DNA of 64,000 bases from a virus, in the IMG/VR virus record IMGVR_UViG_3300036780_000171, positions 1 to 64,000 of that record; one strand, written 5' to 3'. Positions 19,634 through 26,793 of this stretch are shown one piece after another (position 1 is the first letter of the stretch; every line of letters begins with the position of its first letter). Below the pieces are notes generated by a model. The model was given only the letters and a program-made list of their open reading frames with translations, was not told the DNA's origin and ran no database searches. The position numbers and the translations under genes are program-made.

Positions 19634-22156
19634 CACAGTACACATACAGTTCGGGTGAAGCCCTGCAGCTTGTATATCTTCGTAGTCAATTAATAATGTG
19701 CCTCCATCAACACCAGTTATTGACTGGCCTTTGCTAACGAAAGCGTCGCTATTTGGAACTATACTACCATTTAAAGCCTCACAAAATTGGCAAGGGTCTG
19801 GCCCTGCTGCGTAGTATTCCTTAGCAATTACAAAACCTGACTGAATATAAGCATCAACAGCTGCCGAGTTGGCTTCATGCATGGTTTCGGTGCGGGCAAT
19901 GCGAACACTACGGTAGCCCATTGCTTGGCCGAATACGTCATCAATTTCCTTTGACAAGTCTTTTAGTGATAGCCCTTGGTTATAGCCACTTTTAATAACA
20001 GAAATAAGTTTGGCTTGCGTTTCTTCACTAAAATCTTTGGCAACCTTTTCCACGCGCTGGGTAATGCGGTCAATGCTTGATTGGCTTAACTCGAACTTAA
20101 TTGAACTATCAACAATATTCGTGGCTGATTGGCCAGACTGTTTCATAAGTTCAATTAGCAATGGCATCATATTCGTTGACATTTGTGCAACAAAGCCATC
20201 ACCGCCAAAATCTAAGGTATCGGGGTCGGGCTGGTCTTGCTGGTCATTAGCAGCCTTGCGCCGTGGCTTGGTGGCTACGAGCAGGCCATGTACTTTCAGA
20301 CGTTGGTCACCAACCGCATTTTTCATTAAGTCAATGACTTGCGGTTGATAGGCCTGTGCCATTTTGACAATGCCAAGCCTATAGTTTTCTTTTGCGGCCA
20401 CGCTTAGTGGGAGCGGCTTGTAAGCTTTTTTTTTAGATTTTAGTATCAGCTTCTTTTTAGCTGATTTCTTTTCTTCGGCATGACGATATCTACCTTTTTC
20501 ATCGACCCATATATTCGGGCTATCTTCACGGCCATCACAAGGAACCGGCTCTTTGGCTTCTTCACTATTAACGTAGCCACTAGCGTCACAACGGTAACAT
20601 TCGAAGCCGGTTTCATAATGCTCGCCCTTTGAATCGCAGCATTCACAAGCTATGCTGCCTTTTGGAATTTCAGCGCCATAGGCAGTCTGTGCTTTTTTAG
20701 CAGGCTTCACCTTGACATGCTTTTTAATAATACTAGTAATCGCCAATTGTGTTGCGTCGGCTGTTGCGCCACCGGCATCGCCCACACTGGTTTCGCCGCC
20801 ACTTTGTGATGCTTCATTGCCACCGTCACTATTATCATCGGGTGAACCACCGCCGCCTTGGTTAGTCTGGTCATCGCTTCCGCTATTGCCAAAACCGGTA
20901 GTATCAGTGGTTTCCATATTGGTTTTTACTTCAAGTGGTACCAAGTTAAGCGGAACCATCAAAGTATCACCGCCATCGAATGACTGCAAGCCTTCCAAAG
21001 CACGTACTTCGTTTGGTGTCATAAATGGCATGGTCGGGCCGACAGCTTGCTTATAGTAGGCAATTTTCTCGTCGTTATCTTGTGGAATTGGCGACTTGTA
21101 GGTAACGGCCAGATTATCTTTGTATTTCTGGTTGTAGAAGGTTTGGATAAAGTCGACCAGCCGGTTCATTTTTGGGTCAATGACCCGCTTGGCAAAAATA
21201 TATTCTGCTGTTTTGGCACTGGCATAGTTAACGTTTTCGGTAATACCAAGGATAGGCTTCGAAACGCGGAACATAAACATAATGTCATCACGAGTCATGG
21301 TTTTTAGCTCGCTCAAGTTAATATCAGAGAACGTGCTGCCAATCTTGGTATAGTTCGCATCCACATTACGAAGAAAGGCTGTCTTGCCCGCATTTTGGAC
21401 ATCACCATACTCACGACGCCACTGGCGCTTAATTTTCTCGAATTCTGGTTCAGGAATAGTGCCTTTGAAATTTACTATACCGGCTGGTGTGGCATTATTA
21501 GCCAAGAAGTTACGGCTATAACGCGAGGTATATTCCTCGGTTTGGATATAGACAATACCGGCTTGCACCGTACCCATACCACGATAGGGATTAATCGGGT
21601 TGGGCATCTTAAAGTGAATGACTTCGTCAAGTTCGAGTGGCACTTGCACGCGGCCATTCCATTTATGGTAGATATAGCCGGAAACTTCGCCCGTTTCCTG
21701 GTTATAGACAATCTGCACCAAGTCAGGCCGCATAATCCATAATTCTTTTGGCTTGGCAGTAATAGTACCTTTTGGCACGTACCAAAAGGCTTCACCGGCC
21801 AGCTCGATATGTGTTTGTGTCATTTCAATGAACTCATACGAGCTTTGGGTGGGATTCGGATGTTTTAATAATTCCAAAAACGGATGCTGCTTGGTATATG
21901 GTGCTAATGAGTCATCGGCTTGCTTGGTCGCCAACTGAAACTCAATACGGGCTACATCTTCGGCAATAGCACTTACGCAGGCATATGTAATGCCCGTGTA
22001 CTTTTCGAGTTGCTCAAGCTCACCAACCAAGTTGTTTGGATTAAACCATTGACTAAAAAACGACAATGGCCCGACATCGCTAATAATGTTTGCCAAACCA
22101 TTTAAAAGTTTAGTTCTGATATTTTTTACACCGTTAGATAAAAAGTTTGGCATCAA
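19616..22156 (-). CDS. Portal protein fused to minor head (Mu gpF/SPP1 gp7-like) domain
   Basis: LLKHPNP, GEAFW, VIHFK, NATPAG, TPNEVR; C-terminal RIARTE...CQFC...LHPNCMC. Confidence 0.88.
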   Translation of the reverse strand: MMPNFLSNGVKNIRTKLLNGLANIISDVGPLSFFSQWFNPNNLVGELEQLEKYTGITYACVSAIAEDVARIEFQLATKQADDSLAPYTKQHPFLELLKHPNPTQSSYEFIEMTQTHIELAGEAFWYVPKGTITAKPKELWIMRPDLVQIVYNQETGEVSGYIYHKWNGRVQVPLELDEVIHFKMPNPINPYRGMGTVQAGIVYIQTEEYTSRYSRNFLANNATPAGIVNFKGTIPEPEFEKIKRQWRREYGDVQNAGKTAFLRNVDANYTKIGSTFSDINLSELKTMTRDDIMFMFRVSKPILGITENVNYASAKTAEYIFAKRVIDPKMNRLVDFIQTFYNQKYKDNLAVTYKSPIPQDNDEKIAYYKQAVGPTMPFMTPNEVRALEGLQSFDGGDTLMVPLNLVPLEVKTNMETTDTTGFGNSGSDDQTNQGGGGSPDDNSDGGNEASQSGGETSVGDAGGATADATQLAITSIIKKHVKVKPAKKAQTAYGAEIPKGSIACECCDSKGEHYETGFECYRCDASGYVNSEEAKEPVPCDGREDSPNIWVDEKGRYRHAEEKKSAKKKLILKSKKKAYKPLPLSVAAKENYRLGIVKMAQAYQPQVIDLMKNAVGDQRLKVHGLLVATKPRRKAANDQQDQPDPDTLDFGGDGFVAQMSTNMMPLLIELMKQSGQSATNIVDSSIKFELSQSSIDRITQRVEKVAKDFSEETQAKLISVIKSGYNQGLSLKDLSKEIDDVFGQAMGYRSVRIARTETMHEANSAAVDAYIQSGFVIAKEYYAAGPDPCQFCEALNGSIVPNSDAFVSKGQSITGVDGGTLLIDYEDIQAAGLHPNCMCTVLPVIQ

Positions 22157-22214
22157 TGCTTTCCTGGTTCTAAAGTTTATAATACCAGTTTAAGCTATTT
22201 ATAACCAAAATACT

Positions 22215-22724
22215 CTAGTTATTGAGTAGTGGTGCAAAGTATTTTTTTTCAGCAATCCTACGAGCATTAATTGCAGCTTGTTTTTCAATGTAGTAACCAA
22301 GTGTTATTTGTTTACCGTTTAGTCCTATTCTAACACGCCATCTTCGTTGGCTTTGAACCCAGTACACACCTTTTGTACCAGATTTATTATTGTTTTGGAT
22401 TCTTCTATTAATTTGTTGAACTGTTCGACTTACCCATCGGCAGTTAAAAAGCCAACTATGTGTTTTACATTCACTACACTTTCCACAAGTATAATTATCA
22501 TTATTATTTTTTCGGTCAAGGGTATAGTTACTAGGTCGTTCACCCATATCTTCTGTAAAGTTATCTAAGCCGTTATTTTCTCGCCATCTTTCACAAACTT
22601 TAATACCCCGACCACCATAATCTTTATATCTCTTATGCTTTGTATTATAACAACGCTGAAGCATGTCTTGATATATCTGTCCTAAGGGGTTTTTCGGTAT
22701 ATGAGTACGCCTATGATAATTCAT
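22215..22724 (-). CDS. HNH-AP2 endonuclease
   Basis: RCY...YGGRGIKVCERW, TLDR, NCRW; AP2 C-terminus. Confidence 0.85.
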   Translation of the reverse strand: MNYHRRTHIPKNPLGQIYQDMLQRCYNTKHKRYKDYGGRGIKVCERWRENNGLDNFTEDMGERPSNYTLDRKNNNDNYTCGKCSECKTHSWLFNCRWVSRTVQQINRRIQNNNKSGTKGVYWVQSQRRWRVRIGLNGKQITLGYYIEKQAAINARRIAEKKYFAPLLNN

Positions 22725-22743
22725 AATCTATATTATAGCATAC

Positions 22744-22899
22744 TTACCATATTTTTTCAATTTTAGCGCATAAATAGCCTACTATTAGTATAGCAGCGGT
22801 AAATAAGGCCATACCAATATTAGAAAATATTGCTATGAGAAAACAAATAATAAATACGAAGATGCCATACCATCTGGAAATTGCAACGCGTTTATTCAT
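22744..22899 (-). CDS. Small membrane protein (51 aa)
   Basis: Hand-translated, two hydrophobic segments, GAGG RBS. Confidence 0.4.
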   Translation of the reverse strand: MNKRVAISRWYGIFVFIICFLIAIFSNIGMALFTAAILIVGYLCAKIEKIW

Positions 22900-22905
22900 G
22901 GTACC

Positions 22906-23046
22906 TCAATTTAAAAGTAAGGCATGGCTATATCGAGCCTGGTTAATAGCTTGATTTATTGAATCATTTATATACAAGCAACACATGACTACAGTTAAAA
23001 TAACACATATAGCTATGACCGGTAAGCTGAAAAGAACATTTTTCAT
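22906..23046 (-). CDS. Small membrane protein (46 aa)
   Basis: Hand-translated, hydrophobic N-terminus. Confidence 0.35.
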   Translation of the reverse strand: MKNVLFSLPVIAICVILTVVMCCLYINDSINQAINQARYSHALLLN

Positions 23047-23100
23047 AATTAAGCTCTTATCATTAGTATAAATTCGTAACAGATATAAAACAAGAAAATA

Positions 23101-23129
23101 TTGATAATTTTACACTCGTGCTATATAAT
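23101..23129 (+). promoter_or_regulatory. Promoter of tRNA array 1
   Basis: TTGATA-17-TATAAT; ATG 6 nt downstream. Confidence 0.8.
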
Positions 23130-23135
23130 AAAAAT

Positions 23136-23198
23136 ATGGCTAAACTAAACGTATTATCAAGTTCGTTTTATCTCTTGGAAACTCCAGAGGTCTATTAG
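23136..23198 (+). CDS. Attenuator leader peptide 1, MAKLNVLSSSFYLLETPEVY
   Basis: Leaderless 20-codon ORF; codons 7-14 TTA TCA AGT TCG TTT TAT CTC TTG match array amino acids; contains the antiterminator strand. Confidence 0.8.
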   Translation: MAKLNVLSSSFYLLETPEVY

Positions 23199-23255
23199 CC
23201 ATATGCTAACTTGGTACGAGAATAAAACCTCTGGAATTTAACCAGAGGTTTTTTT
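23183..23255 (+). terminator. Attenuator 1 antiterminator/terminator
   Basis: Terminator AAAACCTCTGG (23224-34)/CCAGAGGTTTT (23242-52) plus T run; TCCAGAGGT (23183-91) competes for ACCTCTGGA (23227-35). Confidence 0.85.
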
Positions 23256-23264
23256 AATACCTAA

Positions 23265-23339
23265 TGCCTTGTAGCTCAACAGTAGAGCATCGGCCCGAAG
23301 AACCGAGTGTAGTGGGGGCAGCACCCACCGAGGCAACCA
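23265..23339 (+). tRNA. tRNA-Phe(GAA), atypical
   Basis: Cloverleaf with CCA end; loop CC-GAA-GA; T loop GGCAGCA. Confidence 0.75.
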
Positions 23340-23342
23340 TAA

Positions 23343-23430
23343 TCGGGAGCGGCGAAGATGGCGAGTCGCAGCAGTCTGTAAAACTGTTGTCCTTGTGGCT
23401 AAATAGGTTCGAATCCTATCTCCCGAACCA
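23343..23430 (+). tRNA. tRNA-Tyr(GTA)
   Basis: GCAGT-CT-GTA-AA-ACTGT, long V arm, TTCGAAT, CCA. Confidence 0.9.
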
Positions 23431-23431
23431 T

Positions 23432-23509
23432 GCTCATGTGGCGCAACTGGTAGACGCAAACGGCTCAAACCCGTTCCAACTACAGGTTCGAATCCTGTCA
23501 TGAGTACCA
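23432..23509 (+). tRNA. tRNA-Leu(CAA), short variable arm
   Basis: AACGG-CT-CAA-AC-CCGTT, TTCGAAT, CCA. Confidence 0.9.
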
Positions 23510-23510
23510 A

Positions 23511-23587
23511 GCCCCGGTGACGGAACTGGCATACGTACTTGGCTTAGAACCAAGGTTTTAGGGGTTCGACTCCCCTCTGGGGTACCA
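23511..23587 (+). tRNA. tRNA-Leu(TAG), short variable arm
   Basis: CTTGG-CT-TAG-AA-CCAAG, TTCGACT, CCA. Confidence 0.9.
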
Positions 23588-23593
23588 ATTTAT

Positions 23594-23677
23594 GCGTCGT
23601 TGGCGGAACAGGTATACGCAGTCGGCTTAAACCCGATGCCGCAAGGTTTACTGGTTCGAATCCAGTACGGCGTACCA
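23594..23677 (+). tRNA. tRNA-Leu(TAA)
   Basis: GTCGG-CT-TAA-AC-CCGAT, long V arm, TTCGAAT, CCA. Confidence 0.9.
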
Positions 23678-23683
23678 AAATAT

Positions 23684-23771
23684 GGAGGGTCGCAAGGCTG
23701 GCGTGCTTATCGGTTTTGAAAACCGTGATGGGGTAAAACCTGTGGGGAATCGTTCTCTCCACCCTCCGCCA
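23684..23771 (+). tRNA. tRNA-Ser(TGA), atypical T loop
   Basis: GGAGGGT/ACCCTCC-G-CCA; TT-TGA-AA loop; long V arm; T loop ATCGTTC. Confidence 0.8.
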
Positions 23772-23797
23772 AGTACCATCTGAAAACTGGAAATTAG

Positions 23798-23883
23798 GGT
23801 GAGTGAACTGGTTGGGAATCAGCTTTGTTTGCTAAACAAATGGCACCGCAAGGTGTGAGTGTCGGGAACTCCGCTCACCGCCA
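23798..23883 (+). tRNA. tRNA-Ser(GCT), degenerate T arm
   Basis: GGTGAGT/GCTCACC-G-CCA; TTTGT-TT-GCT-AA-ACAAA; long V arm. Confidence 0.7.
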
Positions 23884-23898
23884 TGTTATAATCAGAAT

Positions 23899-24036
23899 AT
23901 GTTGGAATTTATAATTTTAATTCTAGTCTTGCTTTGGGTTGGCGGCTTATTGGCAAATGTTGGCGGCTTAATAAATCTGTTGCTCATAGTTATTCTGGTC
24001 TTAGTGATTGTTAAGCTTGCACAGCGTGCCAGATAG
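23899..24036 (+). CDS. lmo0937/DUF5670-like small membrane protein (45 aa)
   Basis: MLEFIILILVLLWVGGLLANVGGLINLLLIVILVLVIVKLAQRAR; TGT-TATAAT 6 nt upstream. Confidence 0.7.
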   Translation: MLEFIILILVLLWVGGLLANVGGLINLLLIVILVLVIVKLAQRAR

Positions 24037-24049
24037 CTTATAATCAAAA

Positions 24050-24171
24050 GTGCAACTACTCTTAGTTGCAGGGTGAGTCATGGGGTGGCCTTTTGAAAAA
24101 ACCACTTGCGTTGAACTGAAACGAGCTTTTATCGACCGGGGCTTGGTAGCAGGAAGCAAGTGGTTTTTTCA
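24050..24171 (+). ncRNA. Candidate structured small RNA
   Basis: TTGCAC-16-TATAAT upstream; 8-bp hairpin 24051-70; 16-bp inverted repeat 24094-109/24156-171. Confidence 0.35.
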
Positions 24172-24179
24172 TGGCAAAG

Positions 24180-24210
24180 AAAAAAGGCCAGATTTTCGCT
24201 GGCCTTTTTT
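24180..24210. terminator. Bidirectional terminator between the convergent tRNA arrays
   Basis: AAAAAAGGCCAG...CTGGCCTTTTTT. Confidence 0.85.
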
Positions 24211-24229
24211 ACTCACATATAAGATTCTC

Positions 24230-24305
24230 TGGTTGCGGGAACACGAGAGTTGAACTCGCTTAAGAAGCCTTATGAGAGCTTCGAGATACCGACCTGCCGC
24301 CCGCA
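24230..24305 (-). tRNA. tRNA-CAT (Ile2 or Met), atypical
   Basis: GAAGCT-CT-CAT-AA-GGCTTC; TTCAACT; CCA; reduced D arm. Confidence 0.65.
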
Positions 24306-24322
24306 TTATTAATTATATCATA

Positions 24323-24397
24323 TGGTTCAGGTGCTTGGATTCGAACCAAGATTGCGTGAGTCAAAGTCACGAGTCCTACCTATTAGACGACTCCTGA
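24323..24397 (-). tRNA. tRNA-Gln(TTG)
   Basis: CGTGA-CT-TTG-AC-TCACG; TTCGAAT; CCA. Confidence 0.88.
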
Positions 24398-24398
24398 T

Positions 24399-24475
24399 TG
24401 GTTGGCGAGGTTGGATTCGAACCAACGAATTACCAAGTTCAGAGCTTGGAGCCTTACCAGCTTGGCCACTCGCCA
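24399..24475 (-). tRNA. tRNA-Gln(CTG)
   Basis: CCAAG-CT-CTG-AA-CTTGG; TTCGAAT; CCA. Confidence 0.88.
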
Positions 24476-24547
24476 TGGTACACCTAGTCGGATTTGAACC
24501 GAACATCAAGGCTTAGAACACCTTTTCACCTGTCCTGGGCTGGGTGC
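24476..24547 (-). tRNA. tRNA-Arg(TCT), degenerate
   Basis: AAGGT-GT-TCT-AA-GCCTT; TTCAAAT; CCA; weak D arm and acceptor mismatch. Confidence 0.6.
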
Positions 24548-24548
24548 T

Positions 24549-24623
24549 TGGAGGGCTAGGAGAATTTCGAAATCTCGACTGCCGCATTAAGAGTGCGGTT
24601 CTCTGCCTCTGAGTTACTAGCCC
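24549..24623 (-). tRNA. tRNA-Lys(CTT)
   Basis: GGGCTAG/CTAGCCC; CCGCA-CT-CTT-AA-TGCGG; CCA. Confidence 0.85.
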
Positions 24624-25029
24624 GTTTTCTGCGCCCAGTACGCCAGCGATATTTATTCTGACTATCTGCCGAAGCTCTCTTACAAGCATTACATCGACAG
24701 CCATATTTATATCCTGTATATGTACCATGGATTAAATGTCGTTTTCTTCTTCCAGCTAACCTACCTTTACGAGAAGCATCTTGCATATTGTCAGCGCGTG
24801 TACCAAGAAATAAATGGCTAGGGTTTACGCATATCTTATTGTCACATTTATGGCATACATCAATTCCTTTGGGTATATCCCCGTTAGAAATAATCCATGA
24901 AACACGATGTGTGTCAATAACTTTTTTGCCGACTTTAAAACAGCCATAGCCATTTTTAGTACGTCTTGCGGCCATCCATAGCCAGCAATTGCTAGATTTA
25001 TCGACTTTAAGCCAAAAACGCTTCTCCAT
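24556..25029 (-). CDS. HNH homing endonuclease inserted in tRNA array 2
   Basis: [37 protein letters not shown]; reads into tRNA-Lys. Confidence 0.9.
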   Translation of the reverse strand: MEKRFWLKVDKSSNCWLWMAARRTKNGYGCFKVGKKVIDTHRVSWIISNGDIPKGIDVCHKCDNKICVNPSHLFLGTRADNMQDASRKGRLAGRRKRHLIHGTYTGYKYGCRCNACKRASADSQNKYRWRTGRRKRASNSEAENRTLNAAVEISKFS

Positions 25030-25037
25030 TGGTCGTC

Positions 25038-25066
25038 ATTATAGCACGAACCTTTTTAATGTACAA
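25038..25066 (-). promoter_or_regulatory. Internal promoter of the HNH gene
   Basis: TTGTAC-17-TATAAT with TG extension. Confidence 0.7.
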
Positions 25067-25069
25067 TAT

Positions 25070-25145
25070 TGGTCAGGGTTGCAGGCTTTGCTCCCGCCGC
25101 CTCTGAGTCCCAAACCCAGCGCTCTACTAAATGAGCTAAACCCTG
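25070..25145 (-). tRNA. tRNA-Pro(TGG), atypical T loop
   Basis: CTGGG-TT-TGG-GA-CTCAG; T loop AGCAAAG; CCA. Confidence 0.8.
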
Positions 25146-25148
25146 ATA

Positions 25149-25219
25149 TGGCACCGGTGTAAGGGTTCGAACCTCATCTCGCAGTTTTGGAGGCTGCTAC
25201 GCTCCTAAGCGTCACCGAT
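25149..25219 (-). tRNA. tRNA-Trp(CCA)
   Basis: GCAGC-CT-CCA-AA-ACTGC; TTCGAAC; CCA; short D arm. Confidence 0.78.
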
Positions 25220-25222
25220 ACG

Positions 25223-25292
25223 AAAAAACCGCCCTTGTGTAGGCGGTTTCCTTTGCTATGTTAAGAATTCTGACTATGCTAAGAAACCACCC
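25223..25292 (-). terminator. Attenuator 2 antiterminator/terminator
   Basis: Terminator AAACCGCCT/GGGCGGTTT plus T run; GGGTGGTTTCTT (25292-81, in leader ORF) pairs with AGGAAACCGCCT. Confidence 0.82.
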
Positions 25293-25348
25293 GTGCTAAT
25301 CGGATTATCGTGCTTCCACACGCGGACTGGTTTACATATGTTAGCCAT
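25274..25348 (-). CDS. Attenuator leader peptide 2, MANICKPVRVWKHDNPISTGGFLA
   Basis: Leaderless 24-codon ORF; same TATAATAAAAATATGGCTAA start context as leader 1. Confidence 0.75.
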   Translation of the reverse strand: MANICKPVRVWKHDNPISTGGFLA

Positions 25349-25354
25349 ATTTTT

Positions 25355-25383
25355 ATTATATGGTAGTGAATAAAAAAAATCAA
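25355..25383 (-). promoter_or_regulatory. Promoter of tRNA array 2
   Basis: TTGATT-17-TATAAT. Confidence 0.8.
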
Positions 25384-25386
25384 GTC

Positions 25387-26793
25387 CTACATAAATACCA
25401 CATCATTTGCCGTTACTGCTACAGTGTTACTAAATGTCATTGAAGCGGCATCGGCTATGTCAGGACTAGCAATACCACGTTTGCCAAGCTCTTCCTTTGG
25501 CTCAATTTTCACTCGGCTGGCGCTATCCGGCTTATAGTTAATTAAGCTAATCTGATAAAATTCTTCGGTTTTAACAATTTTGCCGCCGCCCTTTACCCAC
25601 TGGCCAAGTAACCAGTATGCTTCCGCGCGCAAGTTAGCATAGCTGTCTTTTTCGTATGCTGTAGTTCCGCCTTTGAATGTATTGACTACTATATTTCGTT
25701 CGGCCAAACGGTTGCCCACGCCATGACCCACGCCGCTATCGTCAACCGTAACGTCTGTGCTGGTTATCTCGTATTCTTTCATATAGCCTTCAATCCGGCC
25801 GACTTGTGCCATTAAATCAGGGTCACGGTTCTTTTCTAGCAAGCGCATATAATTGTCGTAACGCAGCACAAACGTGGTGTAGTTACTTCCACCGGCCGCG
25901 ATGTCAACACCTAAGCGCGGCCGACCCACGGGGCGCGGTATTTGTAGCTCGGCATCTTCGTATGCTCTCTCAAGGTCACTATCCGTAACCAGCTTCCGCC
26001 AGCCCTGCTCATTAACTTCATCTTCTTCGGGGAATTGGCAAGCATAGAGAATATCGAAAAAGGCTTCATTTCGCATTTCCTCGATAAAGGCTTCGCTATA
26101 GCGATTTTCTCTAAGTGCCTGCACATAGTCGATAAAAATACGGAAATAGCGGCCATTGTTCCATGTCCGGTGGAAGTGATTGCGATAAAATGGGTTGCCA
26201 ATTTTGAGCAAGAAGCTATCTTGCTGACCACCAAGCATACGCATAACCATGCTCTGTAGGTCATCTGGAATCAGCGCTGACTCGTCTTCTATAATATTTG
26301 GGCTACCAAAGCCAGTTAATGACTCTTTCACGCGTTGGCGGTTGCGAGAGTCGGCTGTAAAGGTACGTATGCCGCCGCCGCCTTTCCAAGTCACCTGTCG
26401 CTTATTTCTGGTACGACGCAATTTATCTAGCGGTTCGTTCGGGTCAAGCTCAAGCTGGCTATAGAATTGTTCATGGTCGAATGAGTGCTGTATCACCTTT
26501 TCCATAATAATCTGCGACTTTGGTTCTGACCCCGTCACAATAGCAAACTGCTCATGAAAGGCTTGGCTACGCACGATTAAAGCCATCGCCACCGTTGAGC
26601 TTTTACCATACTGTGTGCTGGCAATAACCTGCACCCGTTGGTGGTCTTTTATAAATATGACATTAAAAATATCTGCCTGGCCGTCTGTTAATTCAAACGG
26701 TAAGCCTTTATCATCTCTAAAATAGCGTCTAACTATTTGCTTCGCTATTTCCCGATTCTGCTGTCTCGCTTGGCTCGTCGTCGGCATTTTCAA
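25387..26793 (-). CDS. Terminase large subunit
   Basis: Walker A STQYGKS, IIEDE, IGNP, GVDIA, VDDSGVG, SPDIADA. Confidence 0.92.
   Translation of the reverse strand: MKMPTTSQARQQNREIAKQIVRRYFRDDKGLPFELTDGQADIFNVIFIKDHQRVQVIASTQYGKSSTVAMALIVRSQAFHEQFAIVTGSEPKSQIIMEKVIQHSFDHEQFYSQLELDPNEPLDKLRRTRNKRQVTWKGGGGIRTFTADSRNRQRVKESLTGFGSPNIIEDESALIPDDLQSMVMRMLGGQQDSFLLKIGNPFYRNHFHRTWNNGRYFRIFIDYVQALRENRYSEAFIEEMRNEAFFDILYACQFPEEDEVNEQGWRKLVTDSDLERAYEDAELQIPRPVGRPRLGVDIAAGGSNYTTFVLRYDNYMRLLEKNRDPDLMAQVGRIEGYMKEYEITSTDVTVDDSGVGHGVGNRLAERNIVVNTFKGGTTAYEKDSYANLRAEAYWLLGQWVKGGGKIVKTEEFYQISLINYKPDSASRVKIEPKEELGKRGIASPDIADAASMTFSNTVAVTANDVVFM

Noticed and set aside
23136-23255. T-box riboswitch as explanation of the tRNA leader
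   Set aside because: Too short, with no Stem I or UGGNACC T-box. An ORF overlapping the antiterminator fits better.
23238-24728. ORF-track calls overlapping the tRNA arrays
   Set aside because: They are translations of tRNA genes or shadow frames, not credible proteins.
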